From positions 1-40,124 of IMG/VR virus record IMGVR_UViG_3300005298_000001: a stretch of DNA of 40,124 bases; one strand, written 5' to 3'. Source of the stretch: a virus. Its lineage: Duplodnaviria > Caudoviricetes. Below the pieces are notes generated by a model. The model saw nothing but the letters and a program-made list of their open reading frames with translations, made no database searches and was not told the origin of the DNA. The position numbers and the translations under genes were made by a program. This document shows, one piece after another, positions 23,926 to 33,253 of the stretch (position 1 is the stretch's first letter; the number at the start of each line of letters is the position of its first letter).

Positions 23926-24888
23926 CTACACCCTATGTGAGTATCTCACGGACAGGTCCAGCATCTCATCTCTTTCTCTTATCGCTGGTCTGCTTCTGTC
24001 GCCGTAGACGTAGTTCATCAGTCTTTTCAGCTCCTCGTCGTACTTCCTCCTGTAGTACACGCTCTCGTTCTCCATTCTCATGCGGTCGTACACGTACTCG
24101 CATATCTTGAACGCTATTGCGTCCTTGAAGTCCTCGGGCATGTCAACGACATCGTCCAGCGACGAGAATAGTTGCGAGTCGATGTAATCGAACGCGAGGT
24201 TTGGCAGGAAGTACCTGTAATTGCTGATTTCGGAGCTGTCGGGTGCTAACGGGTTCCTGTACAGTATCTCGGGGTCACTGAGCGTTGCTTCGCTGCCGCT
24301 GCTTGTAGCCGTGTAGTACAGCACGAGCGAGTGGAAGTACACATCTGGCCCGTCGGTGACGAATATGATGATTGGCTGTGGTAGCGACATCTTCGACAGG
24401 TCGCTGCTGCTCACCGTCAGCACGAAGCCGTCCATCCCAGACACGTCTATATCGCTTGACGTCGGGTCTGATTGTCTTGGTCTGGGTGTTGGCGATACTG
24501 ACAGGTACGACGCTCCGCCTGACCAGAGTGCTGGCGTCTCCGACGCGATGTCTGGCAGCGGCTCGTTCATGTACCTCATTCTGGAGAGCGTGTTTTTGCC
24601 GAAGATGAAGACATCGGTTATTGCCAGCATGGAGGTTGGGAGCTGGCACGCGTACGGGAGGTTGTTGATTGAGGTGCTTGTGAACTTGTTGATGAAGTAG
24701 TAGTTTTTGGAGAAGGGGAATACCCTGAGGTACCCCCTTTTCTTGTTAATTTGCAGCGTCTTGAGGATGGTGTTGACCACGTCCTGCACGACGTAGAGCG
24801 CGACACTAGTGTTTCCGAGCTGGAGCGAGTACAGGTTCTCGTCGTTGACTATGAACTTGACCTTGGTGAGCACGTCGTTTACCGTCAT
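23926..24888 (-). CDS. Head-tail adaptor / tubular protein A-like
   Basis: MTVNDVLTKVK start, LP...L.I..V and C-terminal MPEDFKDAIAF...Y..ELKRL pattern; position. Confidence 0.7.
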   Translation of the reverse strand: MTVNDVLTKVKFIVNDENLYSLQLGNTSVALYVVQDVVNTILKTLQINKKRGYLRVFPFSKNYYFINKFTSTSINNLPYACQLPTSMLAITDVFIFGKNTLSRMRYMNEPLPDIASETPALWSGGASYLSVSPTPRPRQSDPTSSDIDVSGMDGFVLTVSSSDLSKMSLPQPIIIFVTDGPDVYFHSLVLYYTATSSGSEATLSDPEILYRNPLAPDSSEISNYRYFLPNLAFDYIDSQLFSSLDDVVDMPEDFKDAIAFKICEYVYDRMRMENESVYYRRKYDEELKRLMNYVYGDRSRPAIRERDEMLDLSVRYSHRV

Positions 24889-25319
24889 TTGACGAACACC
24901 TTAAACGGGCTGGTTGAGACCACTACTCCGAGCACCTCGTTTGCGTCCTCTGATGTTCTCTCCGCTGCTCTGCCCGTTGCGTCTGACACCACCTCGTCGC
25001 CGACTGCTGGGCTGGTGTAGGATGCGCTTTTGAGGACTTCGTCGACCCCGTGGATTAGTATCCAGACGTACGCGGTCACGCCGTTTGGGATATCCGCGGT
25101 GAGCACGCCCTTGGGCGAAGCGGTTGAGCCTGCGGTGGGCGCGACGTCGGTCGGCGACACCCATGCGACGATGGTGCCCTTGCTTATTGTGCTGCCGCTG
25201 GAGTTCGCTATCCTTGCGAGCTTGTAGACGTTCCCGCTGTCGGACACTCTGAGAGAGCCCAACTTCTCAAGCTCGCTGGTTGCATACTTGCCAATGTCTA
25301 TTGCAAATGTTTTCCACAT
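24885..25319 (-). CDS. Capsid decoration / cement protein
   Basis: Directly after the MCP; small G/A/V/T-rich beta protein (KGV..ADIP.G...YVWI...G). Confidence 0.6.
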   Translation of the reverse strand: MWKTFAIDIGKYATSELEKLGSLRVSDSGNVYKLARIANSSGSTISKGTIVAWVSPTDVAPTAGSTASPKGVLTADIPNGVTAYVWILIHGVDEVLKSASYTSPAVGDEVVSDATGRAAERTSEDANEVLGVVVSTSPFKVFVK

Positions 25320-25355
25320 GCTCTCCTCCTTAGTTATTGGAGGCTACGCAGCCTC

Positions 25356-26366
25356 TTATGAGCCAACGTTTATGACCTTTGCCTGGTTCCTTCTTCTTGT
25401 GCAGGCGAGCGTCCACTCTATTTCGACGACGGATACCAGGGTTCTGGCCTTTCCCGTTGGGTCCTCCTCCTTGAACTCGGGCGGCTCCATGTCGAGCTGC
25501 TTGTACACGAGGACTATGTCGTTGGTCGACAGGAAGTACATTGTTCTTGGAGGGATGAACGGGTCCTCAGTGATGGTTATCCCGTTGTACTTGACGTTGT
25601 CGAACCCGATGTCGACGAGCGCCTTGTCCTGGATTATCACCTGCGGGTAGATTGCCGCCTTGATGAGCGAGTATATGTGTCCCGTGGTGAGTATGAGGTT
25701 GGGCCTCAGGTCAGGCTGGCCCTGTGAGACCGTGTTGACCACGTCGTTGATGAACAGGTCGATGGTTCTGACGTCGGTTGTGCCGTAGGTGCCGAGCAGG
25801 TTGGCATCGGTGCTTACGTCGTAGGTGTGGCCTGCTGCGTCGATGTTGACCGGGTTCCACGACGGGTAGGTCGCCTCGCTTATGCCCGCGTAGTTGTTGT
25901 TCTGGGTGAGTATTACCTCGAGGCCAGTTGGCGCGTTCGGGTCAGTTGCAGGGTCGCCGTAGATAAGGTCGAGCAGGAACTGCTTCTTGATGCTCTCCTC
26001 GAACTCTCTCATTCTGTCGACGACGATGTCGATGACCTTTGCCTCGCCGCGCACCGCCTCGATCTCGTCCTTGGAGATGGAGATCGCCTTCTGCATTATT
26101 CCGAGCGAGATCCTGCCGATCACAGGGTTGCCGACCCTGGACGTCTCGATGACGTCGTAGAACCTCTTTCTCTGCGTTGGTATGTCGGTCTCCTCCAGCC
26201 TCACTCTGAACTCGTACTCTAGCCCGCCGACAACCTTCCTCTTGTTTTTGCCGAGGATTGTCGCGAGCGCTGAAGATTTCCACATCCTGTCCACGACCTC
26301 GTTGAAGAGGTCGTAGTCGCGGATGATGGCATTAATCTCGTTCCTTATGTCGCTTAGTGTTGCCAT
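25356..26366 (-). CDS. Major capsid protein (HK97 fold)
   Basis: 336 aa after the scaffold; LIYGD...GL, PNLILTT, GFDNVKYNGITITEDP and C-terminal L.CT.RRNQ motifs. Confidence 0.88.
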   Translation of the reverse strand: MATLSDIRNEINAIIRDYDLFNEVVDRMWKSSALATILGKNKRKVVGGLEYEFRVRLEETDIPTQRKRFYDVIETSRVGNPVIGRISLGIMQKAISISKDEIEAVRGEAKVIDIVVDRMREFEESIKKQFLLDLIYGDPATDPNAPTGLEVILTQNNNYAGISEATYPSWNPVNIDAAGHTYDVSTDANLLGTYGTTDVRTIDLFINDVVNTVSQGQPDLRPNLILTTGHIYSLIKAAIYPQVIIQDKALVDIGFDNVKYNGITITEDPFIPPRTMYFLSTNDIVLVYKQLDMEPPEFKEEDPTGKARTLVSVVEIEWTLACTRRRNQAKVINVGS

Positions 26367-26388
26367 CGTTGCCCCCCTTATATAAAGA

Positions 26389-26961
26389 CTACTTTATTCC
26401 TCTGCGCATTTTTATTATCTCCGCAATCTCGTACCAAGACTTGCCCCTGATCGTCTCAAAATTATCAACCTTTCTGGCGCTCTCTTTCACAGTGACGTTA
26501 TCCTCGGTGACTCTCTTCTTCTCGGCGTCAATTGACGCGATTGTTCGCCTGAGGTCCGTTATCAGGTCAGGGCTGTCGATGCCGAGCGCTGTGAGCATTG
26601 AGACGAGCTCGGTCTGGTCCATGCCTATTTCCTTTGCCACCGTGGGGATGGTCTCCCTCCAGTACTGGGCCTTTATTCTCTGGAACTCGTGTGGCGGTAT
26701 CTGCTCGTACCAGTACCCTGCGGCTGCCTGCGCTGGCTCGTCCTGCTGGCTCTGTGTCTCGGCGTCCGACTGCACGCGCGTGTCCTGGCTGCTGGCAGCG
26801 GCGTAATTATCTTCCTCCCGAGCAGCACTTGTGGTGGTGGGCTCGGGCTCGGGCTGACTGGCGGGAGCTGGCGATTCGTCTGGCTCGATGGCGGCGCCAC
26901 TGGGCTGCTGCTCGGGAGAGCTGCTAAGTATTTGCTCCTGGACCTTGTCTTCTAGCTCCAT
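26389..26961 (-). CDS. Scaffolding protein
   Basis: Acidic disordered N-terminus, basic C-terminal helix, located between portal and MCP. Confidence 0.7.
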   Translation of the reverse strand: MELEDKVQEQILSSSPEQQPSGAAIEPDESPAPASQPEPEPTTTSAAREEDNYAAASSQDTRVQSDAETQSQQDEPAQAAAGYWYEQIPPHEFQRIKAQYWRETIPTVAKEIGMDQTELVSMLTALGIDSPDLITDLRRTIASIDAEKKRVTEDNVTVKESARKVDNFETIRGKSWYEIAEIIKMRRGIK

Positions 26962-26982
26962 GCTGTCCTCCTGGCAGTGTGC

Positions 26983-28815
26983 CTAGCCTGTTGGCGGAGG
27001 CTGCGGTGCGGACGGCTCGGCCGGCGACGCTGATGACTCGGCCTTCCTGTCGAGTATGGCCTTCACGAGCAGCGCGAAGACGAACTTCTGTGCGTCGCCC
27101 TCCGTGTAGCCTCTCTGGACGAGCGTCTGTATCATGTCCTGGATCTCCTTTTGTCTTGCTGGGTCCTGCATTATCATCAGTGCCTCCTGGATGACGTCGG
27201 GTGTGACCGAGTCGGGGTCAATTCCGACGCTTGCCAGGAACTGCCTGCCCTCAGGCGATAGTGGTGGTACCTGGGGCTGCTGCGCCTGCTGCACTGCTTG
27301 TCCGATTGGCATGTCTCCCTCCTTAAGATAATTGCTTACCGAGAGTAATATTTTATCAGTCACCAACTTGGTTGCAATATCCTCCAGCTCGTTTTCGAAG
27401 AAGTACGGGTAGTTCTTCTTGAGGAACGAGAAGATGGTCTGTGGCGGCAGGACACCAGCCTGCGCGAGCCTTATCATCGAGTTCAGGATGTCGTCGGGGT
27501 TTCTCGTGTCCGTCACGGTCGGGCTAACATTCACCTCGAACTGCTCGTTCTCCACGAGCTCTCTAAGGAGCTTGATGTCCTCGTCCGTGAACTGGAACTT
27601 GTCCTGGAACTCCTCGAACGTGAGTACTGACCTGGCAACGAGTATCGCGATTCTCCTGAGCATTAGCGAGATCACGGGGATCTTGAGCTGCAGTCTCGAG
27701 AGCGCGATGTCGTAGAGCTGCTTGACTGCGACGCCGCTGGTCACCGACTGCGGTCGCACGCCGCGCAGTATCTCGTTTATTCCGAAGATGTCGTCTGCGA
27801 GTGCTGAGGAGAGGTTGTACGCCTCGAAGTTGAAGTTGAGGCCTATGCCCCTGTCAATTGCGATGTCGCTTCCCTCGGGTAGCGGTATCTTTGCGCCTGG
27901 GTAGAGGTCAACCTCTGTTGCTGGCATGTTCCTTATCTTTGCTATTCCGAGAGCCGTTATGCCCATCACGAGGTCTGAGTACGAGACGAGCTTGTTGATG
28001 AATATCTGGATGTCCTTCGCCGCGTACGTTTCCGAGAGCTTGTAGTCGAAGATGTTGGTTATTTCTGGCGAGGACTGGATGAACACGAACGGGAAGTCGT
28101 CGACTGGCGGGATGCCGTCGATGACCTCCAGCCCGTCAGGGTTCACCAGCGCCGAGGTGTCCCACTCGTACGAGATCTGGCGCCTGCTGGTCCTTACTAT
28201 CTTCACGCCGTGGGCGTCCGCGTTCCTGTAGTAGATTGCGTAGTAGACGGAGTAGCCTTCTGGGAGGTTGAGCTGCAGGAGCTTGGGCAGCGAGATCGGC
28301 TTGAACGGCTCGCTGTCGGACGCGACGTACCGCTCAACGACGTACGACAGCTTGCGCATGTTTATCTCGCCCATCTGCGAGTAGATGTTGTAGAGCGGGA
28401 TCTCGGAAATTTCGATTTTCTGGGACTTTGGGAGCGGGCTCAGCTTGAGCACTGACACGCCGGTGATGAGCGAGCTTGAGAAAGCGGACGCGATCATGCC
28501 GAAGTTGAACGGGTCGGAGATGATGGCGTTCGTCGCCTTCTCGAGCTTTTCCGCGACCGTTCTGAACCTTTCGCTCTGCACCGAGAGTGCGAGCTTCGGG
28601 TAGGACTGGATGAAGTACGCTGTGAGCGTTCTCTTGTAGCCCGCGATCTTGTTGTGGACTCTTGTTGGTATGTTGTCGAGAGCTATGCGCTCCCAGAACT
28701 CGTTCCTCCACTGGTCGCCAGCGGCGAACCTTGTGAGGAAGTAGATGTCCTTGTACGCGCTCTGGAACAGTCTTATCTCCTTGCCTATTTTCTCAAGCAG
28801 CTCGTTCTCGTTCAT
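26983..28815 (-). CDS. Portal protein
   Basis: 610 aa after TerL; GDQW, NKI, FPFV, KDIQ..INK, G....SG.A motifs and a Q/P-rich tail of P22-like portals. Confidence 0.88.
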   Translation of the reverse strand: MNENELLEKIGKEIRLFQSAYKDIYFLTRFAAGDQWRNEFWERIALDNIPTRVHNKIAGYKRTLTAYFIQSYPKLALSVQSERFRTVAEKLEKATNAIISDPFNFGMIASAFSSSLITGVSVLKLSPLPKSQKIEISEIPLYNIYSQMGEINMRKLSYVVERYVASDSEPFKPISLPKLLQLNLPEGYSVYYAIYYRNADAHGVKIVRTSRRQISYEWDTSALVNPDGLEVIDGIPPVDDFPFVFIQSSPEITNIFDYKLSETYAAKDIQIFINKLVSYSDLVMGITALGIAKIRNMPATEVDLYPGAKIPLPEGSDIAIDRGIGLNFNFEAYNLSSALADDIFGINEILRGVRPQSVTSGVAVKQLYDIALSRLQLKIPVISLMLRRIAILVARSVLTFEEFQDKFQFTDEDIKLLRELVENEQFEVNVSPTVTDTRNPDDILNSMIRLAQAGVLPPQTIFSFLKKNYPYFFENELEDIATKLVTDKILLSVSNYLKEGDMPIGQAVQQAQQPQVPPLSPEGRQFLASVGIDPDSVTPDVIQEALMIMQDPARQKEIQDMIQTLVQRGYTEGDAQKFVFALLVKAILDRKAESSASPAEPSAPQPPPTG

Positions 28816-29009
28816 ATGACCTCTTCCCCATACCTGTTCTTTATGTACTCCATTGCCCGCCTGGGAGTCATCTTCATGCCGTCAATCCGTATCTTCGGGT
28901 ACTTCTTCTCGTCCAGCGGGACGGCATGAGCACCACAGATTGGGCACCTTGAGCGCTCATAGTGATTATCAAGGGTTATGTGGTTTCTCTTGCAAATGTA
29001 GAACTTCAT
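28812..29009 (-). CDS. Small zinc-ribbon protein
   Basis: CxxxH and CPICG; ATGA overlaps on both sides. Confidence 0.7.
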   Translation of the reverse strand: MKFYICKRNHITLDNHYERSRCPICGAHAVPLDEKKYPKIRIDGMKMTPRRAMEYIKNRYGEEVI

Positions 29010-29197
29010 AGTCTCAGCAGCTCGTCCGTCTCGCTTGTCTTGTTCTCGTCCGTGTCCGCGTCGGCCCTCTGCTGCTCCTTATCTGCTGGCGCGCACAGGA
29101 GCCTCTCGAGTTTGCTCGTTGCTGACACCAGGAGGAGGACAGCCACGAGCGACAGCACCAGGGACAGGATATTTATCAGCATTGACCATTCCTGCAC
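29006..29197 (-). CDS. Small membrane protein
   Basis: N-terminal hydrophobic helix, acidic tail. Confidence 0.55.
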   Translation of the reverse strand: MQEWSMLINILSLVLSLVAVLLLVSATSKLERLLCAPADKEQQRADADTDENKTSETDELLRL

Positions 29198-29201
29198 GGC
29201 T

Positions 29202-29417
29202 CTACCCCTTCTTCCTCAGCTTCATGAGCGTCTTGGCGAGCACTGCCCTCCTGAGCAGCTTGCTCTCGCTCTTGCTCAGGTCGTCCCTCTTGGCCTTCTT
29301 CCTAAGCCTCGAGATGACCTGGTTGAGCTTTTTCGCTGTCACCTTCTTCACGCCGAGCTGCCTTTTGAGCGCTCCTGGCCTCTTTATTGCCTTCTGTATC
29401 CACTTCTTCTCAGCCAT
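29202..29417 (-). CDS. Very basic small protein (WIQKAIKRPGAL family), possibly DNA-binding
   Basis: K/R-rich 71 aa; WIQKAIK.PGAL...LG and A.LAKTL pattern recurrent in phage genomes. Confidence 0.75.
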   Translation of the reverse strand: MAEKKWIQKAIKRPGALKRQLGVKKVTAKKLNQVISRLRKKAKRDDLSKSESKLLRRAVLAKTLMKLRKKG

Positions 29418-29427
29418 ACAAGCCCCT

Positions 29428-31068
29428 CTAGAGTAAACTATATTTCCTCATGCTCTCGCTTTCAAGTTTGGCTCTCAGTGTTTCTTGTGAAACTTCGCCG
29501 CTTGCGCCTGCTGCTGGCCCATCTGTTTTGAAGAGGCTGGGCGGCGAGAGCACGTCGGTGAGCAGCAGAGTTGCCGAGATGAAGTCCTCGGGCTTCTGGT
29601 TCTTCCTTATCCTGAAGTCTGCGAGCTCCTTGGCCATCCTGTAGTGTATGTCGATTTTGGACTTTGTTATCATGTCCCTGAGCACGTGCACTCTCGCCGT
29701 CTTGTCGTCGTTGCTTATGTACACGCCTGGCAGCCTCTTTGACTGCGGCGGGCGGTAGAAGTTGGAGAAGCCGAGAGACAGCATGATCTCGTACAGTGCG
29801 AGCCCGAGCCCGTTGCGCTCGAACACCAGGAGCGGGTATATGCCGTAGTACTTGCGGATGACGTGGATGAGGTGTCGCGAGAAGGCGGAGACGCTCTCGT
29901 TGTTCGAGAACAGAGCTCCGTGCAGGAACCCGACTCTGGAGTAGAACAGGGCGACCGAGAAGTCCTTGCCGACGCCTCCCGCAACGTCCACGCCGATGAC
30001 TATCTGGTTGTTGTAGTCGCTCACGTTCGCGTACTTGTAGTCCCTGAAGACTTCGAAGACGGAGAAGCTGCCCTCCCTCTTCCTGAACAGCTCGAACGGG
30101 TCCTCGTTGCTCGGTATCTCGATCTCCTCGACCCTGCCCGTCGACGCGTCGGTCACGAGCATCATCCTGCTCGACGGGTACCTGATAATCTGCTTCAGCT
30201 CGTTCTCGCCGATTCGCACCATGTCGAGCTCTATCCTGTAGTAGCCGAGTATTCTCGCCTGGTACTCGTCCTCATCTGCCGAGATTGCTCTTATCTTGTC
30301 CTCGAGGTCGACGAACTTGTTTTCTGTTGTTGCCATCTCAATAATGGCGAACCTCTCGTCGTCAAACCTTTTGTTCTGCGCGATGAAGTAGTCGTACACG
30401 AAGTCAATCTCCTTGAGCGGCGTGTATGCCATGATGACCTGACCGCGCGTGTCTATTGTTCGCGCGTAGCATTCGTCAAAGACTGTGCTACGCAGTGGTC
30501 GCTCATCAAACGCCACGAGGTCAACACTTGCTGACTGGAACGCGTCGTCCTCAGACTGGCTACTTTTGAGCTCTATTGTTCTGCCAAACAGTTTGAGAGT
30601 GTTATTTCTGACGACAAGCCTAGCCTTTTTCTTATCGCCGATGAGCTCCTCAACCTTCCTTGCGATTATGTTCCTGTTCATGTCGTAGTTGATTGTGACC
30701 ACCCATATGACGCTCCTCGGGCTCTGCAGAGCCTTGCATATGACAGCGTACACCACCGCAGTTGTCTTACCGCTCTTGTTGCCACCCTTGGCGATGACTA
30801 TCTCGCGCCTGTTCACGAATAGCTCCCACATGAACAGCCACTGCTTCCTGTGTAGCCTCATTCTGAGGAATGGGTACCTCTTCCTGAAGTATGCGATCGT
30901 TCTCACGAACGGCATTACTTTGCCGCCATACTTGCGCTTGGCAACCTCGTACACCTTCCTGAACTCCTCGGTCTTGTAGAGGAAGTTGTCGTAGAGGATT
31001 TTCTTGATTTCTTTTCTTGCCTGCCTCACAATCTCAGGAGGCACCTCGTAGCCAATGCCGTAAATCAT
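29428..31068 (-). CDS. terL: Terminase large subunit
   Basis: Walker A GGNKSGKT, Walker B VAFDE, TP motif, RNase H-like IGVDVAGGVGKDFS and ERNGLG. Confidence 0.93.
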   Translation of the reverse strand: MIYGIGYEVPPEIVRQARKEIKKILYDNFLYKTEEFRKVYEVAKRKYGGKVMPFVRTIAYFRKRYPFLRMRLHRKQWLFMWELFVNRREIVIAKGGNKSGKTTAVVYAVICKALQSPRSVIWVVTINYDMNRNIIARKVEELIGDKKKARLVVRNNTLKLFGRTIELKSSQSEDDAFQSASVDLVAFDERPLRSTVFDECYARTIDTRGQVIMAYTPLKEIDFVYDYFIAQNKRFDDERFAIIEMATTENKFVDLEDKIRAISADEDEYQARILGYYRIELDMVRIGENELKQIIRYPSSRMMLVTDASTGRVEEIEIPSNEDPFELFRKREGSFSVFEVFRDYKYANVSDYNNQIVIGVDVAGGVGKDFSVALFYSRVGFLHGALFSNNESVSAFSRHLIHVIRKYYGIYPLLVFERNGLGLALYEIMLSLGFSNFYRPPQSKRLPGVYISNDDKTARVHVLRDMITKSKIDIHYRMAKELADFRIRKNQKPEDFISATLLLTDVLSPPSLFKTDGPAAGASGEVSQETLRAKLESESMRKYSLL

Positions 31069-31490
31069 ATTTCGTCCTCCAGACTGCTCTGACTAGACGA
31101 AGACTTCTCCTTCTTTTCCAGAGCCTTGACCATTATCTCCAGGATTTTGACGCGCTCCTTGTCGTCAAGCTCGGCAGACTTGACCTGCGAGTAGCAGTAC
31201 GCGAGTATCCAGTCCCAGTTCACGTTCTTCGCCTCGTTCAGCATCACATTCTCAGCTCTTACCCCCTGGATAATGTTGTCAATGTACTGGCGCCACCTCC
31301 TCCTGAACCTGTTGTACGCCGCGTCACCACCGCCATACACCCGCCTGTACGCCTCGCGGAGCGAGACGCCCTCACGCCGCATGACATATATCACCTCCCG
31401 CACCTTGGGCGGGAGGACAGAGAGAGCAAGGAGCATCTTAGAGTAGTCGTCAGCTTGGCTCTCCAACTCCCTCTTCTCGTCCTCAGCCAT
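31065..31490 (-). CDS. Putative terminase small subunit or sigma-region-4-like HTH protein
   Basis: ALSVLPPKVREVI....EGVSLREA HTH directly upstream of TerL with ATGA overlap. Confidence 0.55.
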   Translation of the reverse strand: MAEDEKRELESQADDYSKMLLALSVLPPKVREVIYVMRREGVSLREAYRRVYGGGDAAYNRFRRRWRQYIDNIIQGVRAENVMLNEAKNVNWDWILAYCYSQVKSAELDDKERVKILEIMVKALEKKEKSSSSQSSLEDEI

Positions 31491-31827
31491 CGGACACCCC
31501 CCTCTCCTCCTCCTCAATTATTTTAGCAAGGTCGCCCTTCGTAAGCGCAACAACAGCCCTGGCAAGACTGCCAAACCTGCCACTACGGTAGCGCACATAC
31601 ACCACGTCGGGAAACGGCAGGTTCCTCACCGTGCAGAACTTGTACAGCCTGGCAAGAGTCGTGGGGTTGAGACTCTGCTTCTCCTTCTTGACGAAAAGAA
31701 GCTTCTGGGCAGTGACACCCAGCGCCTCAGCAAGCTCGCGCAGCCCAACGCCAAACGACAGAACCCTCCTGATGAGCTCACCATGCAGGACAGGAATATC
31801 ATAAAACGAAGGCTTCACCACACTCAT
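31483..31827 (-). CDS. XRE/Cro-like HTH regulator, leaderless first gene of the late operon
   Basis: GLRELAEALGVTAQKL...LNPTTLARL; ATG 31827 lies 6 nt after the -10 box. Confidence 0.7.
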   Translation of the reverse strand: MSVVKPSFYDIPVLHGELIRRVLSFGVGLRELAEALGVTAQKLLFVKKEKQSLNPTTLARLYKFCTVRNLPFPDVVYVRYRSGRFGSLARAVVALTKGDLAKIIEEEERGVSDG

Positions 31828-31833
31828 GATAAA

Positions 31834-31863
31834 ATGATAAACACTGTGTTGACTAAGAGTCAA
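31834..31863 (-). promoter_or_regulatory. Late-operon promoter with a palindrome over the -35 box
   Basis: TTGACT-18 nt-TATCAT; TTGACT-AAG-AGTCAA at 31849-31863. Confidence 0.7.
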
Positions 31864-31898
31864 GCGTTGCGCCGAAACCCAAAAACTCCGCACACTTT

Positions 31899-32067
31899 CG
31901 TTAATAAAAGCGTAAGCTTTTATTAACGGAGAGAGATATTATAGCTCTGGAGTCACATATAAGCTATATTCGCTCACAGAGGTATATATGAGAGAGATAT
32001 ATTATATTACTCTCGTTTATTATTTTACTTACGTAAAATAATAAACGCAAAATTTCGAAATTTTGCG
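31899..32067. other. AT-rich palindrome cluster: two perfect hairpins with cGTAAg loops on opposite strands plus a 22-bp perfect palindrome
   Basis: 31899-31928 (13-bp stem), 32014-32047 (15-bp stem), CGCAAAATTTCGAAATTTTGCG at 32046-32067. Confidence 0.85.
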
Positions 32068-32223
32068 AATTTGACATCTCTCTCAGCCTAGAAGCAAAAT
32101 TTGAGCATGATTTACATAAGAAGGCGAAGGAGAAGAAGAAGAAGACATAGCGGCGGTGGCGGCGGCGGCGAAGCGCACTAGGCTGGCCCGAGGCCAAGGG
32201 GGGAGATGGTGTGCAACAAAATG

Positions 32224-32253
32224 TTGACAAATAGCATTTGGTTTTGTTATAAT
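32224..32253 (+). promoter_or_regulatory. Strong sigma70-type promoter for the replication block
   Basis: TTGACA-18 nt-TATAAT with extended -10 TG. Confidence 0.8.
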
Positions 32254-32290
32254 TATATCAGGTGGTGGGTAGCCACTGGGGGAGGTATGT

Positions 32291-33244
32291 ATGGGAGACA
32301 TTAAGCGTGTTGAGCAGCTAGTCAATGTGGATGGTGACATCCACAGTGTTGACCCTGACAGGGTCAAGGCCAAGCTTGCCGAGATTAACGATATCCAGGC
32401 GATCCTGAGGAGCATTCTCAAGCCTGGCGAGGACTACGGGAGCATAAAGTACACCAAGAATGGCAAGCAGGTGGAGACCAAGCCGTTTCTCTACAAGAGC
32501 GGCGCCGAGAAGATAGCGTACGCTCTCAATCTCAGAGTCACCGTCGACATAATTGACAAGGTCGTGACCGACGACGAGGTCACGTACACCGTCAAGTGCA
32601 GGTTCCTCAGAAAGGACGGGTCGCCCATGTCTGAAGGACTCGGGCACGCGTCGTCAAGTGAGTACAAGTTCTGGAAACAGGTCAAGGACCAGGAGAAGAG
32701 CGGCGTGCCAACAAGAGTGGCCGTCAGGTCCGTCGCGAACACCATCCTCAAGATGGCTGAGAAGAGAGCCATCGTCGATGCAGCGCTCCACGTCTTCGCC
32801 CTCTCGAACATCTTCAGTCAGGACGAGGACTACGTCGAGACCGAAATCAAGAGGGAGCAGAGGGAGGAGCAGCACTCTGCTAACGGCCAGCACCAGCAAA
32901 AGCAAAAGAGCCAGCCAGAGGCGGCGCCAGTAGCCGAGGATGAGCCAGAGATAAGTGACATAGGCGAGGACCTGGGTGACGACGACTTCGACTTTTTCAA
33001 CGACGAGGTCGTCAACAACACCATCAAGGACTACCTCAACGAGTTCGTGCGACTCAAGCTCGTCGACGAGAAGTTCGTAAACTACATCATGCAAAAGGAG
33101 GATGTCGACAGCAAGCTTAAGCTCATGCTCTGGAAAATAAAGGAGATAAAGGAGGAGAGGAAAAAGACAGGAATGAGCGCCGAGCAGCTCACTACGCTAG
33201 AGGATGCGCATGACGAGTTCATGTTCATCCTCAACAACAGGTAG
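32291..33244 (+). CDS. Putative single-strand annealing protein (Rad52/Redbeta superfamily-like)
   Basis: DYG...KP.L.KSGAEK, EG.G.ASS.E, NTILKMAEKRA.VDA and IFSQD, followed by an acidic linker and helical tail. Confidence 0.6.
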   Translation: MGDIKRVEQLVNVDGDIHSVDPDRVKAKLAEINDIQAILRSILKPGEDYGSIKYTKNGKQVETKPFLYKSGAEKIAYALNLRVTVDIIDKVVTDDEVTYTVKCRFLRKDGSPMSEGLGHASSSEYKFWKQVKDQEKSGVPTRVAVRSVANTILKMAEKRAIVDAALHVFALSNIFSQDEDYVETEIKREQREEQHSANGQHQQKQKSQPEAAPVAEDEPEISDIGEDLGDDDFDFFNDEVVNNTIKDYLNEFVRLKLVDEKFVNYIMQKEDVDSKLKLMLWKIKEIKEERKKTGMSAEQLTTLEDAHDEFMFILNNR

Positions 33245-33253
33245 GAGGTTCGT

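Noticed and set aside
31964-32421. Minus-strand ORFs in the control region (31964-32230, 32083-32421)
   Set aside because: They overlap promoters, palindromes and trinucleotide runs, lack an RBS and have implausible composition.
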